Positions 27,330 through 37,154 of a stretch of DNA of 64,000 nucleotides are shown here, piece by piece; positions within the stretch are counted from its first letter, which is position 1; every line of letters begins with the position of its first letter. The DNA comes from Patescibacteria group bacterium (lineage in GTDB: Bacteria; Patescibacteriota; Microgenomatia; UBA8517): NCBI GenBank assembly GCA_035260845.1, contig DATFUL010000003.1, positions 11,067 through 75,066 of the forward strand, read 5' to 3'. The position numbers and the translations under genes are program-made. The notes beneath the pieces were generated by a model. That model was not told where the DNA came from. It searched no databases and was given only the letters and a program-made list of their open reading frames with translations.

Positions 27330-27381
27330 ACCACTTCTCACCATTAGAAACCATTTTGATATTATTTCACGATAATGTCAA
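27330..27381 (-). promoter_or_regulatory. dcw promoter with putative MraZ operator
   Basis: TTGACA (27381-27376)-17 nt-CAAAAT (27358-27353). Three direct repeats ARTGGT occur at an exact 10-nt period (27350, 27340, 27330) and overlap the -10 and start region. Confidence 0.75.
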
Positions 27382-27447
27382 GTACTTTTACACGTATACA
27401 AATAGTATGCATCTTAAGAGTAAAGTATTAGACAAACGAAGAATTAA

Positions 27448-28119
27448 TTATTGAGCTAATTTCCCTGAGTGAGGAAGAGCGTCTGAAGCAAAAACACCAT
27501 AGCCATTCTGCCAAGCTACATATTGGGATGCGTCAGGTTGAGCAAAAGTAGGCATTGTTATAAAGAAAACCCCTTTTGCAATTTTATCCAAAGTATAGAT
27601 AAATTTACCATCAACTGAAGTCAAACTAACTTCTCCCGATTGCAAATGGAAGTCAGAAGAAAGCTTACCTAAAGATTTACCGTTTCCATCTCTAAATATA
27701 ATTGTTATGGTTCCGTGATTTACCCCTGCATCAAACCTAAACTTTCCCGAAGACTCAGACCCTAAAAGTAGATTTTTATCAACAGTACTACCCGTAAGTT
27801 TAATTGTTCCGGGAACACCCTGCTGACCACCATCACTGGTACTATATACGAGCAAATAATCCATTGAGGTGGCTCGGGCAACATTGATTTTTTGAACTTT
27901 AAAATCTAATAAATGGCCTAAAGAGTTCGGAATATTAACATCACTAACGGGAGTTAAGGTAACAACTGGCCATTCAGACTGTGCAAGTTCTGGAACAACT
28001 TCATCTTGGCTAGTAGTACCCGAAGAAGTTCCTTTAAAAGTTCTGGCTACAATCATTACAGCAAAAAGGACTATAAGAACCGCGCCTGCAATTAAAATTA
28101 TGGGTAGATTTTTTTTCAT
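27448..28119 (-). CDS. Membrane-anchored hypothetical protein
   Basis: N-terminal TM helix, S/T linker and a beta-rich domain (LLLGSESSGKFRFDAGV); no family recognised. Confidence 0.75.
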   Translation of the reverse strand: MKKNLPIILIAGAVLIVLFAVMIVARTFKGTSSGTTSQDEVVPELAQSEWPVVTLTPVSDVNIPNSLGHLLDFKVQKINVARATSMDYLLVYSTSDGGQQGVPGTIKLTGSTVDKNLLLGSESSGKFRFDAGVNHGTITIIFRDGNGKSLGKLSSDFHLQSGEVSLTSVDGKFIYTLDKIAKGVFFITMPTFAQPDASQYVAWQNGYGVFASDALPHSGKLAQ

Positions 28120-28223
28120 GATATTCTAACAAGCTTTGCTTATAATGCGCTAGCAATATATCAAATTCATCCTCTGAGAAATTTATTTCGTTTAATTTCT
28201 ATTTATAGAATTTGATAGTATCT

Positions 28224-29522
28224 CTATTTCAATCCATTCTGAAAGTATTCCTGAAGTTTGTCAATGTTTATTCTTTCCTGTTTTCCACTGTCTCGATCAC
28301 GAACAGTTACAGTATTATCTTCAAGCGTTGTAAAGTCGACAGTAACACACCACGGTGTTCCAATTTCATCTTGTGCAAAATACCTTTTCCCAATATTCCC
28401 CCTATCATCCCAAACTGTAACAAAATTTTTCTTAAGCTCTTTATAAATTTCTCTAGCTTTTTCAGTAAGTTCGGGTTTATTTGCAAGAAGCGGAAAAACT
28501 GCAACTTTATAAGGCGCAAGGCGTGGGTTTAGTTTTAAATAAACACGCTCTCCATCTTCGGTGTACGAATCAATTAGAAAAAATAAAGTCGCGCGGTCGA
28601 CCCCACCGGAAGTTTCAATTACCCAAGGAGTGTATTCTTCATTTGTTAAATTGTCATGATATTTTAAACCATGGTTACCTAAGTCATAGTCTCCCCTATG
28701 GTGAATTCCTTCCATTTCACTCCAACCAAACGGAGCATCGTACTCGATATCAGTAGCGTAACGCGCATAATGAGCCCTCTTTTCTGGTTCATGATCATGG
28801 AATTTAAGTTTTTTAGGATTTAGTCCCAAATCTTTATACCAATTGAGTCTTGCCTCCTTAAATTCATTAAATGTTTTTTCACTTTCTTTTTCATCTGGTT
28901 TTACAAAATATTCAAGTTCCATTTGTTCAAATTCACGGGAACGGAAAGTTAGGTTGCCTGGAGTAATTTCATTTCTGAAAGCTTTTCCAATCTGTGCAAT
29001 TCCAAATGGAACTTTAACACGAGTCGAGTCAACAACATTTCTAAAATTAACAAATACACCCTGAGTGATTTCCCCTCTCAAATATGACTTTTCTTTAGGT
29101 TCTGTTGTCCCTAAAAGAACTTCGGTCATTAAATTAAACGTCTTAGCGGCAGTCCAGATGTTCTTCTCTTCATGAACTTTTTCATGGGCCGCAATTTCCT
29201 CTTCTTTATCAGCTCTAAATCTTTTATGACAAATTTTACATTCAACCAATGGATCTGTAAAAGCTTTCAAGTGTCCCGACTTTTCCCAAGTAGTAGGATT
29301 CATGATGATTGCGGCATCAATTCCAACAACATCTTCACGGCCATAAACCGTAGACTTCCACCATTCTCTTTTTAAATTATTTTTAAGCTCAACTCCAGCA
29401 GGACCGTAATCCCAAAAACCTTGATAGCCACCATAGATTTCACTGCCTTGAAAAATAAACCCACGGCGTTTTGCAAGAGAAGTGATCTTTTCCATCAAAC
29501 CAGCATTAACATTTAATTCCAT
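28224..29522 (-). CDS. glyQS: Glycine-tRNA ligase, alpha2 (archaeal/eukaryote-like) type
   Basis: KRRGF..SEIYGG, WDYGPAG, SGH..FTDP, QIGKAFRNEITP, REFEQME, AHYA, DEIGTP anticodon domain. Confidence 0.95.
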   Translation of the reverse strand: MELNVNAGLMEKITSLAKRRGFIFQGSEIYGGYQGFWDYGPAGVELKNNLKREWWKSTVYGREDVVGIDAAIIMNPTTWEKSGHLKAFTDPLVECKICHKRFRADKEEEIAAHEKVHEEKNIWTAAKTFNLMTEVLLGTTEPKEKSYLRGEITQGVFVNFRNVVDSTRVKVPFGIAQIGKAFRNEITPGNLTFRSREFEQMELEYFVKPDEKESEKTFNEFKEARLNWYKDLGLNPKKLKFHDHEPEKRAHYARYATDIEYDAPFGWSEMEGIHHRGDYDLGNHGLKYHDNLTNEEYTPWVIETSGGVDRATLFFLIDSYTEDGERVYLKLNPRLAPYKVAVFPLLANKPELTEKAREIYKELKKNFVTVWDDRGNIGKRYFAQDEIGTPWCVTVDFTTLEDNTVTVRDRDSGKQERINIDKLQEYFQNGLK

Positions 29523-29528
29523 ATTTGG

Positions 29529-29561
29529 ATTATATCAGAACCCAATATACGAGTGTATAAT
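29529..29561. promoter_or_regulatory. Divergent -10 boxes for glyQS and the LCP gene
   Basis: Minus strand: TGATATAAT 6 nt before the glyQS ATG. Plus strand: TATAAT at 29556-29561, 11 nt before the LCP ATG. Confidence 0.6.
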
Positions 29562-29572
29562 TAGAAATTCTT

Positions 29573-30631
29573 ATGTGGGAAAAGATAATTGGGAGCAAGA
29601 TTTATACAGCTATATTCCTAGCAATAGTATTTTTTGTAGGTTTAGCGGCTACATATTTATTTCTTTCTTTCTCTAAAATATTTGTTAAAAATCCACTAAG
29701 AAATATTCTTCCAACTCCAAATGCTTATACTTTTGCTTCACCAAAACCAATCGAACAATTTGAACCAGAGCATCAGGAAAAGGGAACTTACAATATTTTA
29801 TTTTTGGGTTACGGTGGCGCAGGGCATGAAGGTTCCCTATTAACAGATAGTATTATCCTTCTTCATGTAGATACCAATTCACACAAAGCGGCTTTTATTT
29901 CTGTACCCCGTGATCTTTGGGTAAACGGAAACCATAAGATTAATGCGGCAGGGATAAGTGGCTTTCAGGATTCCAAGCCAATAGTTACAGGTGTAACGGG
30001 ACTCCCTGTAAATTATTATGTTTCAGTTGACTTTGGAGGCTTTACAAAAATAATTGACGACCTTGGTGGAATTACTGTTCAAGTTCCCGCGACTTTTGAT
30101 GATCCATTTTATCCAATTACGGGAGAAGAGAATAATACTTGCGGAAAAACAGAACAAGAAATTAATTTACTTAAAACCAAATATTCAGGGTATTCTTTAG
30201 AAACACAGTTTACTTGCAGATATGAACACTTACATTTTGACAAAGGCGAAGTAAATTTGGATGGCGCTACAGCGCTAAAGTTTGCTCGTTCGCGACATGG
30301 AGATAGCGATTTTGGCAGGAGTTTACGTCAATTTGCAATTCTTGGTGGGATAAAAAATAAATTAATCTCTTTCCAAATGACAAGCAAGTTTGAAGAAATT
30401 GTAGGTACACTTTTGCACATAGTTAGAACAGATTTGGATCCCAGTATAATTAAAGCTCTTGTTCAAATTGTGGGAGACGTCAAAGCATATTCAATAAAAC
30501 AAATACAATTAACAACTGATAATGTTTTAAATCAATCAACGAGTAATAATGGCCAGTTCATCTTAATCCCGAAATCTGGAAATTTTAATTTTTCAGGAAT
30601 AAAAGAGTATATTAGTAGTAATATCAAATAA
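29573..30631 (+). CDS. LytR-CpsA-Psr (LCP) family glycopolymer transferase
   Basis: TM anchor; NILFLG, TDSIIL, ISVPRDLWV, KINAA, IDDLGGITV, LDGATALKFARSRH, SDFGRSLRQ. Confidence 0.92.
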   Translation: MWEKIIGSKIYTAIFLAIVFFVGLAATYLFLSFSKIFVKNPLRNILPTPNAYTFASPKPIEQFEPEHQEKGTYNILFLGYGGAGHEGSLLTDSIILLHVDTNSHKAAFISVPRDLWVNGNHKINAAGISGFQDSKPIVTGVTGLPVNYYVSVDFGGFTKIIDDLGGITVQVPATFDDPFYPITGEENNTCGKTEQEINLLKTKYSGYSLETQFTCRYEHLHFDKGEVNLDGATALKFARSRHGDSDFGRSLRQFAILGGIKNKLISFQMTSKFEEIVGTLLHIVRTDLDPSIIKALVQIVGDVKAYSIKQIQLTTDNVLNQSTSNNGQFILIPKSGNFNFSGIKEYISSNIK

Positions 30632-30632
30632 A

Positions 30633-31157
30633 ATGGAAACTATAACTTTGGCAGGTGGTTGCTTTTGGTGTACAGAAGCCATATTTTCGCAGCTTAAGGG
30701 GGTAGCGAGCGTAACTCCCGGATACTCTGGTGGAAGCGTAGAGAATCCAAGCTACGAAGAAGTTTGTACAGGTAACACGGGACATGCGGAAAGTGTGCAA
30801 ATTGTTTTCGATCCAAAAATTTTAGCATTAAAAGATTTACTTTATGTATTTTTTAAACTTCATGATCCAACAACTTTAAATCGCCAAGGCGCAGATACTG
30901 GCACACAGTACCGCTCTGCAATTTTTTATTCTTCTGAAACACAAAAGGAAATAGCAGAAAAAGCTGTTGAAGAAGCTAAAAAGTTTTATAGCGATCCAGT
31001 TGTAACCGAAATTACTAAATTTAGTAATTTTTATCCGGCCGACCCATCACATAAAGATTATTATTTTGCCCACAGAAATTCACCTTATTGTATATTGGTA
31101 ATCGATCCAAAAATACAAAAACTTAAAAAGGAGTTTGGAAATTTACTTAAAAGTTAA
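30633..31157 (+). CDS. msrA: Peptide methionine sulfoxide reductase A
   Basis: GGCFWC, GYSGG, YEEVC, GHAE, HDPT..NRQG.DTGTQYRS. Confidence 0.97.
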   Translation: METITLAGGCFWCTEAIFSQLKGVASVTPGYSGGSVENPSYEEVCTGNTGHAESVQIVFDPKILALKDLLYVFFKLHDPTTLNRQGADTGTQYRSAIFYSSETQKEIAEKAVEEAKKFYSDPVVTEITKFSNFYPADPSHKDYYFAHRNSPYCILVIDPKIQKLKKEFGNLLKS

Positions 31158-31993
31158 TCGGGTAGAATATATATGTCTTGCCTGGTTCCACTTATCCCAA
31201 CTTTCTCCGCTTCGCCCCTTAACACTCTCTCTAGTGGTCTACAATTAAAACACCCACCTTTTGGGCACTTAAACTCTTCCTTTTCGCGGGCTTTCTTTAT
31301 ATCCTTTGCGATACTTAAAACTTTTTTGTAAGCATCGGTGGTCCTAGGCAACTTCTTTTCCATAACATCATCGTCGCGATCTAAATACCAATATGAAGCT
31401 TTAGTTACTTTTTTGGTTTGAGTATTGGTAGCCAACAGTAAATAAATAGGTAACTGAAGTGAATCGTCACTTTCTTCATTTTTTCCCGTTTTAAAGTCGA
31501 TTATGTGAACCGAATCTGACTCTGGTAAATATTCCAGCCAATCGATTTTTCCGCAAAGAATAATATTGTCTTTTTCTGACAAATAATAATTAGGCAGACC
31601 CATTGACCCTGTTTTGATTTTAATTGCGGGTCGCATAATAGGCCCTGGGTTTTCCTGTAAATTAATAAGCATGGCGAGCCCCCTATCCCGATACTCCATT
31701 TCTTGGGTATGGTTTTTAAATCCACCCATTTTGCCGGTATATTTTAGCCAAACAGGATCCAACTTTTTAACTAAAGATATTTTTAGCCTCTCTTCAGTGG
31801 GAAGAGTCGCAAGTGACTCAATTACTTCATGAACAGCGCCACCCAAGGCAAGCGGTGGTGTTACAACCGTAATTTTATGTCCCGTAATTGGGTCTTTATA
31901 AACATTTCTTAAATAATAAGATCTTGGACATTTAATAAAATCGGATATGGAAGAGTGTGACACCCAAACTGCTGAATATTTGTCCTGGACCAT
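31154..31993 (-). CDS. PD-(D/E)XK nuclease, RecB/AddB/Cas4-like
   Basis: SHS..F..CP, G.AVH, GKID, IIDFKTG, LQLPIY; C-terminal CPKGGCFNC. Confidence 0.85.
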   Translation of the reverse strand: MVQDKYSAVWVSHSSISDFIKCPRSYYLRNVYKDPITGHKITVVTPPLALGGAVHEVIESLATLPTEERLKISLVKKLDPVWLKYTGKMGGFKNHTQEMEYRDRGLAMLINLQENPGPIMRPAIKIKTGSMGLPNYYLSEKDNIILCGKIDWLEYLPESDSVHIIDFKTGKNEESDDSLQLPIYLLLATNTQTKKVTKASYWYLDRDDDVMEKKLPRTTDAYKKVLSIAKDIKKAREKEEFKCPKGGCFNCRPLERVLRGEAEKVGISGTRQDIYILPD

Positions 31994-31994
31994 T

Positions 31995-32609
31995 TTAGAT
32001 TTTCGTAACAGAAGATAGGATTGAATTGATTTGGTCTAACATTGTTTGATCAGGAGTCGAGGGGTTTGTAATGTCAATTCGGCCAAACTCAGTTAAATCT
32101 CCCCACGCCCCATTTTGCATCTCACAAACTGTACGATTACCAGAGGGCAACAAACCAACCCTTAGTTTTGCTCCATCTGAAGTTGTAACCGAACTAAAAG
32201 CATTAAATTTGATACTCATTGCCTGGTCAGCGTCACCAGGGTAAACACATCCCTCCCCACCTAAAGCTGCTTGAGTAAAAACAATTTTATATTTGCCGCT
32301 TACCAAAGTTAACTTATCAATTTGACCCGCCACTGTGCCGCTAGTTGTACTTGTCCAAAGAGCTGGCAAATCAAGCGAATATGCCTTAAAAACTAAAACT
32401 CCACCAGCTTTAACTTTTGTAAAACTCGAAGATGGACTTGCAGATGGCTCAGTAGTAGGTTTAAGTGTGATATTGGAAACTTCCGTGTTTTGAACTGAAA
32501 CAGCCTGAGGTTTATTAAAAGTTACAGATGGCAGCCACCCCTTAAAATAGGCAGTTACACCAAGCCCTACTACCAAAGCTGTTAGAATTATTGTTATTAC
32601 GTATTTCAT
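31995..32609 (-). CDS. Membrane-anchored exported hypothetical protein
   Basis: Start moved to ATG 32609 (MKYVITIILTAL). TM helix, S/T/P linker and a domain with two Cys. Confidence 0.7.
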   Translation of the reverse strand: MKYVITIILTALVVGLGVTAYFKGWLPSVTFNKPQAVSVQNTEVSNITLKPTTEPSASPSSSFTKVKAGGVLVFKAYSLDLPALWTSTTSGTVAGQIDKLTLVSGKYKIVFTQAALGGEGCVYPGDADQAMSIKFNAFSSVTTSDGAKLRVGLLPSGNRTVCEMQNGAWGDLTEFGRIDITNPSTPDQTMLDQINSILSSVTKI

Positions 32610-32617
32610 AAAGAATG

Positions 32618-33433
32618 CTATTTCGAAACATTGTAACCCGGTTTCCTTACAAAAAACAAGACAACACCGAGTATTAACAAAGCAAATCCTAAAATTTGCC
32701 AATAAATCACAACTTCACTTATTACAGCTGGAGCAATAATACTCACAAAAACAGAAACTACAGATGTGCTACCGGGCAAGCCCGATAAAATTGATTTTTG
32801 TATGCCGATTGCGACTTCCATTACAAAAAAGGTCAAACTCCCGGATAAAATAAATGCTATTCCAAGACTTATGAGTCTTTCGCCTTTTTTGATTAGTAAG
32901 AACAACAAAAATAGGATAAAAATGAGTAATAACGATGCGGCTATAAATCCGTTTGAGGATACTTTTCCAAACTGTGATATTTCCTTAAGTGGAATATTTT
33001 GATAGTCTTGAAAATTAAACTTAGTTAAAAGTTCCTGAAGAGGCATATCCGTTTTTAAACCATTAAGAGTTTTTGGCAATAAGTTTTTTGGTATTTTATC
33101 AACTGGAACATAAACATTAATCTGACTAGAAGTTCCATTTGCAAAACTTAAAACATTCTTTAGGTTTTTGTCGAGTACATCTTTGGTATTTTCTGGAGTT
33201 ATTAAGTCGGTCAAAATTTTGACGTCGTTTTTATTACCGCCTTCTTTTCCAATTTGTGATTCAAATGAACTTTTACTAGCCGTTGCTAAACTTTGATAAG
33301 TATTGTGTTTTTGAAATGCATTTTGCCAGAAATTATAATTAAGAAGTTGAAACTTGAAAGTGCCCGACAATAGCTCACCTAAAAATAAAATTACAAAAAA
33401 AATTACTAATAAAATTTTGGCAGAGGTCTTCAT
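32618..33433 (-). CDS. Hypothetical membrane protein (one N-terminal and three or four C-terminal TM helices)
   Basis: Hydrophobicity pattern; overlaps the msrB stop (ATGA). Confidence 0.7.
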   Translation of the reverse strand: MKTSAKILLVIFFVILFLGELLSGTFKFQLLNYNFWQNAFQKHNTYQSLATASKSSFESQIGKEGGNKNDVKILTDLITPENTKDVLDKNLKNVLSFANGTSSQINVYVPVDKIPKNLLPKTLNGLKTDMPLQELLTKFNFQDYQNIPLKEISQFGKVSSNGFIAASLLLIFILFLLFLLIKKGERLISLGIAFILSGSLTFFVMEVAIGIQKSILSGLPGSTSVVSVFVSIIAPAVISEVVIYWQILGFALLILGVVLFFVRKPGYNVSK

Positions 33434-33810
33434 TTCTCCAATGGAACAAACTCTAATGATAATGAATTTATACAGTATCTAAGCCCAGTCTTATCTTTGG
33501 GGCCATCGTTGAAAACATGTCCCAAGTGGGAGCCGCATTTTGCACAGGTCACTTCTGTTCTTGTCATACCAAGAGAATTATCTGGAATTTTCTTGATTGC
33601 GTGCGAGTCAGCCATGTCCCAAAAACTTGGCCAACCTGTACCAGAATCATATTTTTTATCACTCTTAAAAAGTTCCTGACCGCACACAGCACAAACATAC
33701 ATTCCAGTTGCCTTATTGTGAAGATACTTGCCACTCCCGGGTGGTTCTGTACCTTTTAGGAAACAGACATTGTAGGCTTCAGGAGAAAGTTGTTTTTTAG
33801 GGTCCACCAT
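33430..33810 (-). CDS. msrB: Peptide methionine sulfoxide reductase B (Zn-binding)
   Basis: [41 protein letters not shown]. Confidence 0.97.
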   Translation of the reverse strand: MVDPKKQLSPEAYNVCFLKGTEPPGSGKYLHNKATGMYVCAVCGQELFKSDKKYDSGTGWPSFWDMADSHAIKKIPDNSLGMTRTEVTCAKCGSHLGHVFNDGPKDKTGLRYCINSLSLEFVPLEK

Positions 33811-33818
33811 TTATTGTA

Positions 33819-34421
33819 TCAAAAAAGACTATCTTGAAGAATAGGTTCCTTAGGTGGGTAAGTAAAATCAAGTTTTACTTCGTGAGTTTCATTCCAAAAA
33901 TCAACGTACTTTAAAGAGCCATTCTTCATTGCATAATCATAAATCCTGGTTGTTATTTCAACATCCATTTCGCAATAAATTCTAAGTTTGGTCAAGCTTT
34001 CTGTGTCCCCCGCCACCCAATACTTTATCGCGTTTTCCCCTGAATCATTTTTTTTACTGCCAAGCGTTGCCTTTGCAAGTGAATCAAGCGAAACTCTTTT
34101 GCCCTCAACTTTTCTTATTTCGTCCAAAATATCAAAGTGTTTTAATTTTGACCAATGTGATGGAAGATATGGGGAGAGAGCAGGAATATCAAAACCAAGT
34201 GAGTTAAAACCAATTACCCTATCTGCTTTTTCGAATATTTTAAACATTTCCATGAAGTCCTTTTCCCAAAAGCTTTCCATTTTTCCTTCAATTTCATTCC
34301 CATTTTCGTCAACCGTTCTTGAGTAAACTGAAGTTATAGAAACTCCAAGTTTGCTGGCGTCAAAACCAGTTGACTCATCAAAGAATTTTTTAGTTTCAGT
34401 ATCGAAAATCACCTCAAACAT
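33819..34421 (-). CDS. RNase H-like / DEDD 3'-5' exonuclease domain protein
   Basis: FDTET (ExoI), IGFNSLGFD (ExoII), SLDSLA, YCEMDV (ExoIII). Confidence 0.85.
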   Translation of the reverse strand: MFEVIFDTETKKFFDESTGFDASKLGVSITSVYSRTVDENGNEIEGKMESFWEKDFMEMFKIFEKADRVIGFNSLGFDIPALSPYLPSHWSKLKHFDILDEIRKVEGKRVSLDSLAKATLGSKKNDSGENAIKYWVAGDTESLTKLRIYCEMDVEITTRIYDYAMKNGSLKYVDFWNETHEVKLDFTYPPKEPILQDSLF

Positions 34422-34462
34422 AATTCATATATTGTAGCTGAAGTTGGAAAAAAGGGGAAATC

Positions 34463-35026
34463 TTACCTAGAATTTCTCAATTGCTCCTTTAAAGGATCAA
34501 AGGTTGCAATTCCAGTATGTTTAGATTCACATTCATCCAAATTTAGAACTCCTCTTAAATGTTTTTCTTCATGCTGATAAAGTCTGGCTAAAAATCCATC
34601 AAACTTTTGCCTTTGAGATTTATTTTTAGAATCGGTCCATTCCATTTCTACCCAGTCAGGTCTGCCAACATCTGCATAAAAAATTCCAGAACTGAGGCAA
34701 AGTTCTTTGTAATAATTTAGTGTTTCAGAAACATTTACTATTTTTGGATTTATAAAAATTTCAACATTGTCATTTACAAATGTAGTAAAAACTGATTTAT
34801 TAATTCCAATTTGAGGAGCAGCAAAGCCTCTTCCATAACCCGCAATTTTCCGGTATTGAAGAAGCACATCGCCAAGTTTTTTGCCAATTTTCAACCCTTC
34901 TTCAAATTTAACGGGTATACTAAATTCCCTTAGAGATGGATCACCTACATATTTAACTTCAGGGAGTTTATCAAGAACTTTTGAGAAAGTTTCGACACGA
35001 CTTCTAATAATATCAATTTCTGCCAT
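34463..35026 (-). CDS. def: Peptide deformylase (atypical motifs)
   Basis: GDPSLR, GRGFAAPQIG, INPKI, ELCLS (for EGCLS), QHEEKHLRG (for QHExDHLxG). Confidence 0.8.
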   Translation of the reverse strand: MAEIDIIRSRVETFSKVLDKLPEVKYVGDPSLREFSIPVKFEEGLKIGKKLGDVLLQYRKIAGYGRGFAAPQIGINKSVFTTFVNDNVEIFINPKIVNVSETLNYYKELCLSSGIFYADVGRPDWVEMEWTDSKNKSQRQKFDGFLARLYQHEEKHLRGVLNLDECESKHTGIATFDPLKEQLRNSR

Positions 35027-35124
35027 AGGTGCATTTTACTACTTTCTCAAAAAGTAGCTAATAATGAGGTGTGTAACAGCTTGTTAATACTAAAGCCAGG
35101 TCGGAGAAAATTCCATGTATACTA

Positions 35125-35153
35125 TTGACATATGCAACTAAGTTGCGTATGAT
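35125..35153 (+). promoter_or_regulatory. sigma70 promoter with an overlapping palindromic Zur/Fur-family operator
   Basis: TTGACA-17 nt-TATGAT, 6 nt before the ATG. The palindrome CATATGCAACT-A-AGTTGCGTATG (35129-35151) has one mismatch. Confidence 0.85.
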
Positions 35154-35159
35154 AGAGGA

Positions 35160-35564
35160 ATGAAATCCATTGAATTTGTTAATGAAATGAAAAGATTAAA
35201 AAAGCGAGTTACACCCGCCAGAACAAAAATATTTAAAATTGTTCACTCAGCTAAATCCCCTATTTCTGCAGATAAACTTGTAAAAGAGATTGGCGTAAAT
35301 AAAACCACAATTTATCGTGATTTAGATCTCTTTCTCAAGAATGGCTTTATCGACGATGTTGATTTTGGTGACGGAATAAAGCGGTATGAGGTTAAAGAGG
35401 AAAGTCACCATCACCATTTGGTTTGTATGCAATGTAAAAACGTTCAGGATATAAGTTTTGAGGAAAATTTAAAAATAGAAGAACAAAAAATCGCAAGAAA
35501 TAACAACTTTAAAGTAATAAAACATAATTTAGAATTTTTTGGCTACTGCCAAAATTGTATATGA
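35160..35564 (+). CDS. zur: Fur-family regulator, probably Zur
   Basis: TPAR, TTIYRDL, HHHHLVCMQC, HNLEFFGYCQNC; heads the znu operon. Confidence 0.88.
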   Translation: MKSIEFVNEMKRLKKRVTPARTKIFKIVHSAKSPISADKLVKEIGVNKTTIYRDLDLFLKNGFIDDVDFGDGIKRYEVKEESHHHHLVCMQCKNVQDISFEENLKIEEQKIARNNNFKVIKHNLEFFGYCQNCI

Positions 35565-36481
35565 TGAAAAAACTATTCATTTTAATAATACTGTTCTTGG
35601 TTGTTGGAATCGGAGTTTATTTTGCATTATTAAAGAGTAGACCAGAAAGTGTTAATGACAATAAACTTCAAATAACTGCCTCTTTTTACCCATATTATTT
35701 TTTTGCAAGCCAAATTGGTGGAAACAAAGTGAACGTAGTTAACATTACTCCAGCTGGAGCGGAACCGCATGACTACGAACCGACTAGTGGTGATATTGTT
35801 CAAATTCAGACAAGTGCACTTTTAATTCTTAACGGCACAGTAGAACCATGGGGAAATAAAATTCAAGATGACTTAAAAGGTAAAAATACAAGGGTGCTAG
35901 TTGCAGGAAAAGGACTTTTTACCCAGAAAGTAGCAGATGAAAACGGAAAAAAATCAACAGACCCACACATATGGTTAAGTCCCAATTTGGCTAAAGCACA
36001 AGTTAAATCAATTTTAAATGAATTTATTCAAATTGATCCTGAAAATAAAAATTATTACACGGCAAATACTAATAAACTTCTAAATGATCTTGATAACTTA
36101 GATAAAGATTATAAAAATGGCCTGCGAACTTGTCAGAAAAAAGATATTGTTACTTCCCACGCCGCGTTTGGCTATTTAGCGGTTGATTATGGGCTCGTCC
36201 AAGTTCCAATTACCGGACTCTCCCCCGACGCCGAACCATCTCTAAAACAATTAGCAAACATTGCAGATTTTGTAAAGAAAAATAACATAAAATATATTTT
36301 CTTTGAAAGCTTAGTTAGTCCTAAACTTGCACAAACTTTAGCCTCTGAGACCGGATCTCAAACCATGGTTCTTGATCCATTGGAAGGTCTTACTCCCGAT
36401 GCGTTAGTAAAAGGTGAAAATTATTTGACTGTAATGAGGCAAAACCTTCATAATCTAGAAGTTGCACTAGACTGCATTTAA
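35561..36481 (+). CDS. znuA: Zinc ABC transporter substrate-binding protein
   Basis: GAEPHDYEP, DPHIWLSP, SHAAFGYLA, FFE, LDPLEG. The ATG at 35561 overlaps the zur stop. Confidence 0.92.
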   Translation: MMKKLFILIILFLVVGIGVYFALLKSRPESVNDNKLQITASFYPYYFFASQIGGNKVNVVNITPAGAEPHDYEPTSGDIVQIQTSALLILNGTVEPWGNKIQDDLKGKNTRVLVAGKGLFTQKVADENGKKSTDPHIWLSPNLAKAQVKSILNEFIQIDPENKNYYTANTNKLLNDLDNLDKDYKNGLRTCQKKDIVTSHAAFGYLAVDYGLVQVPITGLSPDAEPSLKQLANIADFVKKNNIKYIFFESLVSPKLAQTLASETGSQTMVLDPLEGLTPDALVKGENYLTVMRQNLHNLEVALDCI

Positions 36482-36482
36482 T

Positions 36483-37154
36483 ATGATCCCCGATCACAGT
36501 AAAAATATTGTTGAAGTTAAAGATTTATCTTTTTTTTATGAAAACAATCTAGTTTTGAAAAACATAAATCTTAATATTCATAAAGGCGACTATATAGGCA
36601 TAATTGGCCCAAATGGCGGAGGTAAAACCACACTTATCAAATTGATTTTGAACCTTCTTGAAGTTAAAACAGGGTACATCCACGTTGACTGTAAAAATGT
36701 TTCTTACGTTGGACAACACGCAAGCAGTATCGACCAAAAGTTTCCAATTACAGTCAGCGAAGTTGTAAGTCTGGGCACAGACAAAGATTCCGCGTTAAAT
36801 TCAATGGATGAGGTCGGCATAAAAGAACTAAAAAATCGTATGATTGGCGAACTCTCCGGAGGGCAATTACAAAAGGTTTTTATTGCAAGAGCACTTGCAC
36901 AAAAGCCAGAAATTTTATTTTTGGATGAACCAACTAGCGGGATTGACCAAGCATCGCAAAAAGAATTTTATAAACTTCTTAAAAAACTAAATCAGGAAAT
37001 GGGAATTACACTTGTCATTATTTCCCACGATGTGGATATTATCAGTAAAGAGGCCACAGAAATTGCGGCAATTAACCAAAGCTTGGTATTTTACGGCAAA
37101 GCCTCCGAATTTATAAAGGAAGAGCACGGAATTAAATTCATTCACCATGATTAA
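36483..37154 (+). CDS. znuC: Zinc ABC transporter ATPase
   Basis: GPNGGGKTT, LSGGQ, FLDEPT, ISHD. Confidence 0.92.
   Translation: MIPDHSKNIVEVKDLSFFYENNLVLKNINLNIHKGDYIGIIGPNGGGKTTLIKLILNLLEVKTGYIHVDCKNVSYVGQHASSIDQKFPITVSEVVSLGTDKDSALNSMDEVGIKELKNRMIGELSGGQLQKVFIARALAQKPEILFLDEPTSGIDQASQKEFYKLLKKLNQEMGITLVIISHDVDIISKEATEIAAINQSLVFYGKASEFIKEEHGIKFIHHD

Noticed and set aside
28120-28223. AT-only dyads downstream of glyQS as a terminator or sRNA
   Set aside because: The stems are short and almost all A/T, as expected by chance at this composition.
31154-31993. Cas4 of a CRISPR system
   Set aside because: No cas1, cas2 or array in the window; stand-alone PD-(D/E)XK nucleases are common.
34721-34733. 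TGTTTCAGAAACA as a parS site
   Set aside because: It lacks the central CGT of the 16-bp parS consensus and lies inside def.
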